From an uncultured virus (IMG/VR IMGVR_UViG_3300043410_000597) (taxonomy: Duplodnaviria > Heunggongvirae > Uroviricota > Caudoviricetes > Crassvirales), in the IMG/VR virus record IMGVR_UViG_3300043410_000597: a stretch of DNA of 64,000 nt. One strand, 5' to 3'. The notes below the pieces were generated by a model, which saw only the letters and a program-made list of their open reading frames with translations, did not search any database and was not told the DNA's origin. The position numbers and the translations under genes are program-made. Below are positions 29,303 to 39,136 of this stretch, one piece after another. Position 1 is the first letter of the stretch. The number at the start of each line of letters is the position of its first letter.

Positions 29303-29611
29303 TTAATTTTTTTCTTGGAATAAACAATAGCCAAGCAATAAATAGTTATACAAATCTGCAAATCTTGATGACAAAGGTTCGGCAGGTTTTAGATCAGGAT
29401 TCTTGATGTGAGCGTGAATAGAGCTCAGTTGCTTATCAAAAAAGATTGACCACACTTGTAATGGAGTGACACCAACTCGCTTGGCTGACTCCTTAAAATT
29501 GTTGAGAACATCGATGTTCTCTAACGTGTACTCAGGTTGCTTTGCCTCTCTGATGGACATCGCATGGTTATAAAGCGTATCGTACGCTTCGTTGAATTGT
29601 TCTTGTGTCAT
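29303..29611 (-). CDS. DUF1599/nucleotide-modification-associated-like (MazG-fold) protein
   Basis: K..EY..NNF..DK..E.L..RF.DL.NY pattern. Confidence 0.55.
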   Translation of the reverse strand: MTQEQFNEAYDTLYNHAMSIREAKQPEYTLENIDVLNNFKESAKRVGVTPLQVWSIFFDKQLSSIHAHIKNPDLKPAEPLSSRFADLYNYLLLGYCLFQEKN

Positions 29612-29615
29612 TTTA

Positions 29616-29849
29616 TTAAAGGTTATAATTAAATCTATCTACTTTCGCTTCTAATTCTCCCGTACCAATCTTAGCTAAAAAGAATCTTACTTCTTGTTGA
29701 TATGCAGAATCAAGTTCTTTTTCTATTAGTACATCTATAATCTCATATACGGCCAATGATGCACAGCGTTTTGCCATGTCAAAATCTAATCCTAGCCCTT
29801 TGTATCTATCGATCATTTGTAGAGCCTTATCTTCTGGTGTCTGTATCAT
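29616..29849 (-). CDS. Hypothetical protein
   Basis: TPEDKA..AKRCA.LAVYEII motif. Confidence 0.55.
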   Translation of the reverse strand: MIQTPEDKALQMIDRYKGLGLDFDMAKRCASLAVYEIIDVLIEKELDSAYQQEVRFFLAKIGTGELEAKVDRFNYNL

Positions 29850-30106
29850 ACTAAATATCTTTCTATTGCATTAGTTAATTGTTCGTAATTTAAAGCACTC
29901 GCTATCTTAATGTTAAAGTAGCGTTGTTGCTCCAACCAATGCTCAGGTAAAGCATCGAATTGGATGAGTAGGTAGTGGTAATCACCTGATGCTTTAAGCA
30001 CCAATAAGTTATTCCCTCCAACCACATTTGCGTAACGCAACCCTCTCTCCCGAAGGTATCTGCGTGTTCTGGCCATCAAGCCTTTAAGTGTTAGTTTTTT
30101 GCCCAT
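29846..30106 (-). CDS. Hypothetical protein
   Basis: 86-aa ORF coupled to its neighbours. Confidence 0.5.
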   Translation of the reverse strand: MGKKLTLKGLMARTRRYLRERGLRYANVVGGNNLLVLKASGDYHYLLIQFDALPEHWLEQQRYFNIKIASALNYEQLTNAIERYLV

Positions 30107-30393
30107 GCGTCTGCGTAATCTACGGGTGCATAAAATCTTGTATGTATATGTCCTGATGCAATCTTACGTCGCTTCTTATAATCGATGTAGCGATAAAATG
30201 TAAAGTGCCCAAGCGTGTGGCGTTGCAGTAGCACACGCATATCACACTCATCGCAAGTAGTGTGCATTGTTGTCTTGTTACCTGAGCGTTCGAATATCTT
30301 TCGCAAGACATTCACATCGTGCTCGTGCCCACACCAAGGGCAAGCCGTATTGGATTCCTCGTATCCTTTACGTGATCTAATTATTCTTTGCAT
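30091..30393 (-). CDS. Zn-ribbon protein
   Basis: CPWC and CDEC; start taken at the TAATG-coupled ATG 30393. Confidence 0.55.
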   Translation of the reverse strand: MQRIIRSRKGYEESNTACPWCGHEHDVNVLRKIFERSGNKTTMHTTCDECDMRVLLQRHTLGHFTFYRYIDYKKRRKIASGHIHTRFYAPVDYADAWAKN

Positions 30394-30507
30394 TACGATA
30401 GTCTGATTAAAATGTACACACATACCAGTGCACTAAGTGTACCTGATACACCAATTAAAACACCGATAACAAATTGTCGAAAGGCTATCTCTGAGACATC
30501 CTTGACA

Positions 30508-30840
30508 TTATATTTTTCTTCCATCTCTTTCACGAGCTAGTTCTTGTTTAGATTTAGCGGTCACTAGGTTAGTCGTGCCCGTTTGATTTTTCTCAAATTC
30601 TTTAATTTTATTAATGCCATACAATATGGACGAATGGTCAATAGGATAACCATACCTCTCGCAGTACCTTTGAATCTCCCACAACTTTATACCCTCGCTA
30701 TCGCATAGGGTATAGAAGTGATGGCGAGCAGATACAATGGGGGATAGCTTCGTGTTAAGAAACATATCCTTCTTTCTGATCCTGTGTCGATAGCAGATTC
30801 GCCTAGCGATTCTGTCTATCTTATCTACGTCTGAAATCAT
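30508..30840 (-). CDS. DnaA C-terminal-like helix-turn-helix protein
   Basis: IVSARH..LWEI..DHSSILYGINKI resembles the DnaA domain IV signature (RDHTTV...KI). Confidence 0.65.
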   Translation of the reverse strand: MISDVDKIDRIARRICYRHRIRKKDMFLNTKLSPIVSARHHFYTLCDSEGIKLWEIQRYCERYGYPIDHSSILYGINKIKEFEKNQTGTTNLVTAKSKQELARERDGRKI

Positions 30841-31058
30841 ATAATTATTGTAATTAAAAAGTAAATAATGTAAGCCCAAAACAAACCGAGAAGGAATAAA
30901 AATAATCTAGCGTTCTTCATTTGTGTCATCTATTGCCACTGCCATAGCTAACACCATGACAGCAACGGTGAAGAATAGGAATGTGGCAACCATGTAGGTT
31001 AATAAACCCGACACAAGTGCAAGGGCAAATAGCCCATAAGAAATTTTATATAATGAAT

Positions 31059-31865
31059 TCATAAGTCTGTATATTGATAAATTATTTCGTCAAAATCTTT
31101 AACTAAATTTTTACTGATATTATCGTAACTAGTCCATAGCCAATCGCTACCATCGTAGCACTGGAGAATATATTTCTTGGTGATGGAGTCTCGTGTAAAC
31201 TTCATTTGCACCGTACGTTTGGTTGCGGTCGGTAGGTAGAATGTCCCCCCTTTCTTGCCAGAAATTAGTAACTCCCTGAATCGATCTATTTGCTCTATCA
31301 TTTTTTTGTTGGTCTAAAAATTGTTGATGCTTCGCATTGTTATATTGCTCCACAAATTGTAAGATTTGATTGTCGTATTCGCAAGCCTGCCCGAACTGGG
31401 CATACTCACACCATTCGTTGTATGTCATATTACGTTAAGGTTATATCTAAATTAGCACCATGGTAAGTAAAAGAAAACTCAATGTAGCCACTATTGCTAG
31501 TTAATTTTCCATCGCCGTACTTGCTTGCAAATAATCCTACTTGCCTATCAAAATTGCCTTGCAACCTAATAATGCTTTTGTAAATCGTGATTGCATAAAA
31601 GTCTGAATGCTTTAAGCCCGATTCATTTAAAAATTGTTCTAATAATTTAAAATTGTTTTCCATTTTATTTTGCGTTTAAGTTTCTAAAATAATCTTCGTA
31701 ACATTCATAAAGTCCTTTGTAACCATCATTGTATCCGGACTTTAAAAAGTCTTCATACATTACAATAAGGTCGCCAAATACAAGGTCATAAGCCTCACGT
31801 GTGTCAATAGCCTCGTATGCATAGGCTAGTTGCGTGAATAGAAAAAAATCATAGTCATATTTCAT
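31059..31865 (-). CDS. Cluster of small hypothetical early genes (31059-31301, about 31279-31428, 31430-31663, 31665-31865)
   Basis: Tightly packed co-directional ORFs with no recognisable motifs. Confidence 0.5.
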
Positions 31866-31869
31866 TGTC

Positions 31870-32364
31870 TTATTTAGTTACGTGTTTTCTATAAATTTCT
31901 ACCAATTCAGCGTGCTCATCTGCATTAACAAAATCGAACATATCCATAAACTCATTGAATGATTCGCAGTCGTCTAGGCGTGGCACGGCTTCCGATTCTA
32001 AAAAATCAGACCATTCTTCAAAATGGTACTTGCCTTCGAGGTATGTAAACTCTAAGTTGAACACCAGTTTTCCCTTGTCAAACCCAAATTTGCCTGCTAT
32101 ATTTGATCCCGACTCATCGTATTCACATTCGATTACTAGATTGTAATCTTTGCTAAGTGATTGCAGTTTCTCCTTCGGTGGTGACCACCTAGACTCTGCA
32201 CTAAACTCCAAACTGGTTGGGTCTTTACTAAAATCGCCTAAACCTACAACCACAAATTCATCTTCGTATCTATTCTTTAATAAGTTATCGTAAAACATTC
32301 TCATTCCCCTTTCACTCCCGAAAGTTTGAATGTAATTAAAGCAGTTATTTGCCATTAATACCAA
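31870..32364 (-). CDS. YubB/Api92-like ferredoxin-fold protein
   Basis: MANNCFNYI..FSAESRWSPP..YDESG..AG. Confidence 0.55.
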   Translation of the reverse strand: MVLMANNCFNYIQTFGSERGMRMFYDNLLKNRYEDEFVVVGLGDFSKDPTSLEFSAESRWSPPKEKLQSLSKDYNLVIECEYDESGSNIAGKFGFDKGKLVFNLEFTYLEGKYHFEEWSDFLESEAVPRLDDCESFNEFMDMFDFVNADEHAELVEIYRKHVTK

Positions 32365-35300
32365 AGTTTAAATGAATTGTTTAATAATACATTCGTGTAA
32401 AAGTGATCCAAAGGAAGGATGTTTATATCCCACATAAATTCGCCATCAGTAATCTCGCCATCAACATCTTTGATGTAAAAGTAAATTGTCTTGCCATCCT
32501 CGTGGTGCAAGTGGTCACACCATTCAACCTCAAAGGCATAGGCTACATTGCCATCTGCTACCTCAAAAGGGGTGTTAATTTCATACTCTCCAAGCAAATT
32601 ATTTTGCTCCACTAATGACATTATTTTGTCAGTTAAGTCTGCTCTCAATTTGGAGATTGTCTCCATAGTTGTCAATTGAATTGTTAAATTTTCCATTTTA
32701 AATTAAGTTTAAATGTTAGTAAAAAAATCCTTGGTAAGGGCAGTCATCAGGGCGTTTGTTGCGCCACTTCTTACCAGGTTTAGCATATAAGTTAGGGAAT
32801 AGCGTATCAGGCTTAGGATTATAGTACAAGTCTATTGCTAGGCTTCGCATATGCTGATCACTTTCGTCGTAAAGGCTATTCATTTCGGCCATAAGGATAT
32901 AATAATCTTTGCCCCCGAATCGGCCGTAGCCCGAGTAACTAGGCTCGTGATATTGATTGCCTTTGTCGTCTACCATATAGACATCGAACGTAGGTCTGCG
33001 ACTTGCATTATTTGCAATGCTTCTTCGCGTGTCTTGTGTTTTAAAAGAAAAGAATCCCATCTTAAATTACGTTTAAGGTTAAAATTATTATTAACGTGTC
33101 ATCGCAAGCCTGCGATTTGGATTGCTATCAAATGCTTTATTGCATTCTGATTTTATATCGGCATCTAAAATGTCGCTGATACCTATCCACGTGCCAAATC
33201 TGCCACCATAGGTACTTAATCGAAGTACACCTTTGTTGTCTTTAATGTATTCGGCTACTGCTTTATGGTCATTACCAAATACCTCGTACATACTTAATGT
33301 ACCTTTTTGCCCCCACTTATCTACATCGCAAGTGGCATGAAATTCTACAAGTTTTTGTTTGATTAAATCTTGCATCTTAGATTGTATTTAGAAAGTTTAT
33401 AATAGACTGAGTTTTAGTCGTAAACTGACTGATATAATCAGTTAACGCTTCACTTACTTCGGTAAAAATTGATAATTCCAGCAGGTCAGAATCAGACCTA
33501 TTAAATACTTTTACAATAATGACCCCAGCTTCTGAGGCCACCACGTGCAGGCTATAATCACCCTGGTTTATGATTTTCCTTGCCATTATAATAATTTGAT
33601 TCTATCCGTGTCAATTCCGTGTATAATGCCAGTGCTTTGGCTTTCTACGTATACTTGCCACTCATTATACCCGTACTCATTTACGTAAACAATTTCGCCC
33701 AGTTTTAAGGGATTAGCCTCTATTTCTTCATCGTCGTAAATAAGGCCATCAATATCCAGTATTATAGCTTGTGGCCGTTCGCTTTCTTTTAGTGGCTCAA
33801 AATCGAAGCAAATGCCCTCATTACCGAAATAATAATAAACTTCGCCATCTATTGTTTCGGGTTTGATTAATACATCGTATTCATCGCCATAAATTACGCG
33901 TACGTTTTCGCCTTCCCAGTTGTAAGTATTTTCGGGATGCGATAACATTTGAATTAATTCATTCACAAAATAGTGGTGAATGTAGGGCATAGCCCAGCCG
34001 TTCCAACCGTTGTAAGGGTCAGCGTACGCGATCATATTTGTGGACGTTTCGCCCTCAAAACTTGCAATTCCTTTTAAAAACTTTTCCATTTTAATTTTGA
34101 GCCGTTTTGTGCCACGGCTCACGGGCTTTGTTCACAATCACGCGAAAGCGTGATTAATATGATACGTGAATAAAATCTACAAATTCATCTAAAAAGCATC
34201 GCTCATTTGATCGAATTAATTTATTTTTTGAATCCAGTCGCAAAGGCTGGTTACTATAATCCAAGCATTTTAATATATTATCCTTTGTAATAGGGTGGTT
34301 ACATTCTTTATTTTCCCAAAAGAAAAGCGAATTAACCTCTTTAATAATTTGAGTTTGTGGCTTTAATGAATTAAAGCAATAGGCTAGAACTTGCATAGTA
34401 TTATTTTTTTAAGTTATCCCAAAGTAAATCGTCGTCTGCAAATAACTCCACCGTAGGCCAGCCGTTATTTGCCTCTATTGATAAATTTTCTGCCGTGTCG
34501 TAAAGTGTTTCCCATTCAGACGACGAATTGTATTCGCCAGTTTGTGCCATTTTAATAGCAATTTCCTTAGCTTCACCAAAGCTATCAGCCTCAATAGAAA
34601 AAAGTTCACGGTACCAAATCGTTTTTTTAGAATCTTTGTGAAAATCAAAAGTTGCCATAGTTTTAAAATTCGGTTGACCTATGCACCGAAAGGTTTAAAG
34701 GTTGTTAGAATAATAATAAAGGCATTAGTAAACCGATTGCTTCGCTATCTTGAAAGCTTACTTTCATTCCCTTGTTTTGGCCGTAAAAACCCAGCTTCAA
34801 AGGTTTTTTTCCATTCGCTTTATATAGCGTGTCCAGTAGCTCAGGATTAATAGATATTTCTTTTAGTTCCTGATTAGGCACGTCGTCTTTATACATTACG
34901 TCGTCGCAATTAGGGAAACGCTGGCCGTAGGTTGTTTTTTCAAAAGCCTCTTTTGTTAGGGGCTTTAAAAATCCTAATGATTTAGATTTATTATCGAATA
35001 ATTCAAATAAATCGCCTTGCTTTTTGTGAAAGGCCATAGAAGCCACTTTTGCATCCTTCCAGTTTGTACCCTCGAAATACATTTCGCTTTCAAGTTCTGA
35101 TAATAGTTCAGCTGGTAGCACCTCAGAAGCTGGCGATTTTAATAATATACTGCCATTAGTAACGTAAAAATAGCCTTCACGTAGCTGAATGAATTTAAAC
35201 GCTTCGCGGTAAGATTTGGGATCGATAATTAAGTTTAATGCTTTCATTTTATTGAATTGTTTATAAGGTTGTTAAAAAAAGTATGCGACCTAGACCGCAT

Positions 35301-36006
35301 ACTCACTAATAAAATACTTGAATAGTTCTAAATAATCGAATGATTTGCGATATTGAGTGCATTGAGTTTGTGTTTTACCGCCCTCTACATTAATGCAGTT
35401 ATCTGAGTGACTCCACTCTACAAACCTTTCACGGCTTTCGATTGCACTTTCTATTTCATTTTCGTCAAATTCTTCGCTTATAAATTCTTGCAAGGCCACA
35501 CAAGCGGCCTGAGAAATGTTAGTAATTTCACCAAACTCGCTTTCTGACCAGTCGGTAAAATTCAAATCCTTACAAATGTCAAAACAATCAGAGTAATAAA
35601 TTACCGCCCTTTCTATTTCGGCGTTTTGGTACTCCCAAAAATCAGACATATCAGTGATATTTTCGTTTAAAATTTCGTTTAAAATGTCACTTTTAAAAGA
35701 CTCTAAAAATAAATACTTATTAAAATTTCCCATTTTATTTAATTGTTTATAAGGTGATTAATTATTTTCATCTAGGCACGTATCGCCAAAATATAAATCT
35801 ATTTGTGAATAGTATTTGTCTAGGTAAGCTAGTAAGCGGTCTTTTTTAGAAAAACGCTTTACTGTCTCTTTGTCACACCACGGGTTTAAATAGGTGTATT
35901 CTTTAATTATAGCAATATATCCGCCTTTGAATACTTTGCCTTTGTCTGATAATACAAGCGTATTATCACTAACTACGTTTTCTCTTAAAATGAAATTTGA
36001 AGCCAT
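32355..36006 (-). CDS. Early-gene array of hypothetical proteins (32355-32696, 32716-33060, 33091-33375, 33377-33586, 33586-34089, 34154-34396, 34401-34658, 34705-35247, 35290-35733, 35758-36006)
   Basis: Co-directional small ORFs with A-rich leaders, downstream of a full-consensus host promoter. Confidence 0.6.
35274..35303 (-). terminator. Intrinsic terminator inside the early operon
   Basis: Minus strand AGTATGCG-GTCTAGGT-CGCATACT followed by a T run. Confidence 0.7.
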
Positions 36007-36097
36007 TTTGTTTTTTGTTTAAAGTGAATAAATATAGCGGGCTAGCACGGTAAGCGAACCGCCTAGAATTCTGAATTTCTAGCCCTATAATAATTGC

Positions 36098-36114
36098 CAA
36101 GATGTCAAAGAACT
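36098..36114 (-). promoter_or_regulatory. boxA-like antitermination site
   Basis: Minus strand AGTTCTTTGACATCTTG shortly downstream of the early promoter. Confidence 0.55.
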
Positions 36115-36140
36115 TGTGTATTGCCGTTGCATTACGAAGG

Positions 36141-36172
36141 CAAACCTAGGCAAAATAGGAATACAAGTCAAA
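36141..36172 (-). promoter_or_regulatory. Early promoter with full Bacteroidota sigma-A consensus
   Basis: TTTG (36172-36169), 20-nt spacer, TAGGTTTG (36148-36141). Confidence 0.75.
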
Positions 36173-36425
36173 TACTTGTGGAAAACTTTTTTAGTGTTAT
36201 TTGAAAAATACAATGAATAGAGCCTAATTAGGCGAAAGTTCTTTAAAAAATGCAATGATATTTTTGCAATAGTTTGAGCCTAATTTTGTGGTAATTCAAA
36301 GTCTATTTAACAATATGTTAGGATTGTGGGGAGGGCAACGCGTCCAGTACGATCCCCTCAATTTTTATTTTGATCGCTCGAAATAAATTTTTAGACTAGC
36401 CTAAAAAAAATTCGGATGGAAACAA

Positions 36426-36498
36426 TTAGACAAACGTCTAAACGATTGCGGTTAATTCTTAGATAGTTAGACAAATATCTAATTAGCAGAACGGCTAA
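36426..36498. repeat. Three 16-bp palindromic boxes TTAG-N8-CTAA
   Basis: TTAGACAAACGTCTAA (36426), TTAGACAAATATCTAA (36467), TTAGCAGAACGGCTAA (36483). Confidence 0.65.
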
Positions 36499-36689
36499 AT
36501 AAATCCGAATAAGTCTAGCCAGTACCCCCGAAGCGAAGCCCTCAAAAAAGCTAAAAAATCTACGACAATTTTCCAAAATCGTACCCCCCCGTACCTCGAT
36601 CAGGAGCGTTTCCCTTTGGGCCCCGGTCGGCTGAGATGGGGGTGTTGCCCGCTACCCATTTTTATCTAACATTCTTTTTTCGCCCCAAA

Positions 36690-36960
36690 TCTTGTACAGA
36701 TTCTACATTTGTACATAATTATGACTTCTTTGTGTACAAAATATGTACAAAAGTATTTTTATACAATCTTGTAACTTATTGATTATTAGTTATTTATATT
36801 AAGTATTTATTTAATTATGTATAAAATGAACAAAATAAATAAGAAAAGTAAAAAAAATTTCACACGCTCAAAATAAAAAAATATATTTACGTAATACGGC
36901 AAAAAAGTTTGCAAGTTTACATATTGTACATTTCATTTGTTTTTAGTATATTTGTACAAA
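36690..36960. repeat. Origin-like element, copy 2
   Basis: TGTACA at 36693, 36710, 36733, 36744, 36925, 36953; TAACTTATTGATT at 36772-36784. Confidence 0.6.
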
Positions 36961-36974
36961 CAATAAAATATAAT

Positions 36975-37268
36975 ATGAAACTTTACAATTCCAAACCCCA
37001 AAAACTCATCAGGGTAAACATCAAACAGGCTGGTCAGCCAGTTATACATTTGGCATTTGACGAATGCGAATTATTAGATTGTGCTGAGTCACTATTGTCT
37101 TATATCAATTCGGGATTGCCACAAAAAAATAGTAGTGACAGATACAAGATTACTATCCAGTGTCGTGAATGGGAGAACTCTAAGAATGGGTTATCGACTA
37201 GTTTTAGTTTTATTGGTCCCGATAGTTCATTTGTAAGGGATTGCATTGTCAGTCATTTTGACAATTAA
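36975..37268 (+). CDS. Hypothetical protein
   Basis: ATG 36975 after -7 box TATATTTG (36947-36954). Confidence 0.55.
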   Translation: MKLYNSKPQKLIRVNIKQAGQPVIHLAFDECELLDCAESLLSYINSGLPQKNSSDRYKITIQCREWENSKNGLSTSFSFIGPDSSFVRDCIVSHFDN

Positions 37269-37319
37269 TCTTGTTTGGTGTAACAATTGTATATAGATTT
37301 GTAACAAATTAAATTTAAC

Positions 37320-38867
37320 ATGATAGTAAAAGACATCGTCTTCGGAGATGAAGGCAGACAGAAATTAATTAAGGGTGTTAATACAATTGCGGATGCAGTT
37401 GGGTCTACACTAGGAGCTCGTGGTCGCACGGTGCTTATTGAGTCCGAGCAACACGTTGGTGGCATCACGGTTACCAAGGATGGTGTGACGGTTGCTAAGT
37501 CAATTAACTTAATGGACCCAGCTGAGAACTTGGCGGTCATGATAATGCGAGAAGCATCTGAGAAGACAGCTAACTCGGCAGGTGATGGGACGACGACGAG
37601 TATGGTGCTGGCACAAGCCATCATCCATGCGGCTATGGACGAACTTACACCAGAAGATAATATCACACAAGTGCTACGTGATGTGCAGGCTGCAGCATTG
37701 CGTGTTGCAGATGAGCTGACTGAGATGTCAACTGAGATTACATCAGACAAGTTGGTGGACGTGGCGACTATCTCGGCCAATGGCGATGCGGAGATTGGCA
37801 AGATCATTGCTGATGCGTACAATCAAGTTGGCTTAAGTGGTGTGGTGACTGTTGGAGCATCTGAGACATCGGACACATACGCTGAGGTGGTCAGTGGTAT
37901 GAAGATAGACAGAGGTTTTGCGAGTAAGTACTTTGTGACAGACCACAAGAAGCAAGAGGCTGTGCTAGACAAGCCATATATTTTGGTGACTGACCAGCCC
38001 ATTACAAACCTTAACGACATCTTGCCTATTCTAGAGTTCATCCACCAAGGCAGACATTCATTGCTTATCATTGGGGAGCTCGATGAGAACTCACTAAACT
38101 CACTAAATGTGAACAAGATTAAGTTGGGTCTAAAAGTGAGCACTATTATTCCTCCATCATTTGGCTACAAGCGTCATCAGATTATGCAGGACATAGCTAT
38201 TGCGACAGGTGCTAAGTATTTCTCTGAGCAGACAGGTGACAATTTAATGATGGTCACTATTGACGACTGCGGACAAGCAGGCAAGGTGGTGAGCTCACGG
38301 TTCAATACCATTATCTTCGATGCTGTCGGAGCAGGGGAGGAGAGAGTTCAAGAGTTGCAAGAGCAGATAGAGGTGGAGACGCAGGCGATTGAGAAAGAAT
38401 TCTTAAAAGAACGCATCGCTAATCTTGGTGGTGGGGTGGCTATCATAAAGGTGGGTGCAAACTCAGACATTGAGCAGAAGGAGAAGAAGGACCGGGTGGA
38501 CGATGCGGTGTGTGCGGTGAGAGCAGCACTAGAAGAGGGCATCCTTCCAGGTGGAGGCGTGGCTCTGCAAGACATCGCTGTCAAGATGGAGTCAAGTAAC
38601 AAGGGTGATGACATATTAAGAGAGGCGATGGTGGCACCAATGTCCAAGATACTTGCTAACGCAGGCATCAGCCTAAATACTATCGATAGAGATCAGATAC
38701 AAAAAGAAGGGGTCGGCATAAACGTAGCAACAGGGGCATATTGCCACATGATGAGCGTTGGGATTATTGACCCAACTAAGGTGACTAAAGAAGCACTTAA
38801 GAATGCGGTGTCAGTGGCGACTACATTGCTATCCACAGAGACGGTCATAACTAACATTAGAGCATAA
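37320..38867 (+). CDS. groEL: Chaperonin GroEL (phage-encoded)
   Basis: TKDGVTVAK, GDGTTT, ISANGD, ERIANLGGGVA, GIIDPTKV; lacks the GGM tail; -7 box TAGATTTG at 37294. Confidence 0.97.
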   Translation: MIVKDIVFGDEGRQKLIKGVNTIADAVGSTLGARGRTVLIESEQHVGGITVTKDGVTVAKSINLMDPAENLAVMIMREASEKTANSAGDGTTTSMVLAQAIIHAAMDELTPEDNITQVLRDVQAAALRVADELTEMSTEITSDKLVDVATISANGDAEIGKIIADAYNQVGLSGVVTVGASETSDTYAEVVSGMKIDRGFASKYFVTDHKKQEAVLDKPYILVTDQPITNLNDILPILEFIHQGRHSLLIIGELDENSLNSLNVNKIKLGLKVSTIIPPSFGYKRHQIMQDIAIATGAKYFSEQTGDNLMMVTIDDCGQAGKVVSSRFNTIIFDAVGAGEERVQELQEQIEVETQAIEKEFLKERIANLGGGVAIIKVGANSDIEQKEKKDRVDDAVCAVRAALEEGILPGGGVALQDIAVKMESSNKGDDILREAMVAPMSKILANAGISLNTIDRDQIQKEGVGINVATGAYCHMMSVGIIDPTKVTKEALKNAVSVATTLLSTETVITNIRA

Positions 38868-38878
38868 ACTAAAATAAA

Positions 38879-39136
38879 ATGAAAGTAATCGGAAAGAATA
38901 TTCTAATCGTGCCTCAAGAAGAGGAGACAAAGTCCAAGGGTGGGTTAATCATGACCGCAATGGATGCAAATGAGCTACGCTACAAGAAAGCTACCGTGGT
39001 ATCACAAGGACATCTAGTAGATGGCATTAAACCAGGCTCATTTATCTACTTTGATCGTGCAGCTGGCCACACCATCCGTATCAATGAGGACCTATATACG
39101 GTCATCACTGAGAAAGATGTGGTAGTGGTGCTCTAA
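38879..39136 (+). CDS. groES: Co-chaperonin GroES
   Basis: ILIVP.EEETKSKGGLIM..VITEKDVV; adjacent to groEL. Confidence 0.9.
   Translation: MKVIGKNILIVPQEEETKSKGGLIMTAMDANELRYKKATVVSQGHLVDGIKPGSFIYFDRAAGHTIRINEDLYTVITEKDVVVVL

Noticed and set aside
36033..36089. tRNA or hammerhead ribozyme (GGTTCG-containing hairpin)
   Set aside because: No cloverleaf, anticodon arm or CUGANGA/GAAA core; kept only as a structured leader. No tRNA genes were recognised in the window
36391..36576. 61-aa minus-strand ORF
   Set aside because: Lies in the palindromic repeat region upstream of the early promoter; probably non-coding
36391..36960. CRISPR or mini-array
   Set aside because: Repeats are 6-16 bp, irregularly spaced, and no cas genes are present
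37265..38668. Minus-strand ORFs over groEL
   Set aside because: Antisense shadows of a strongly supported gene
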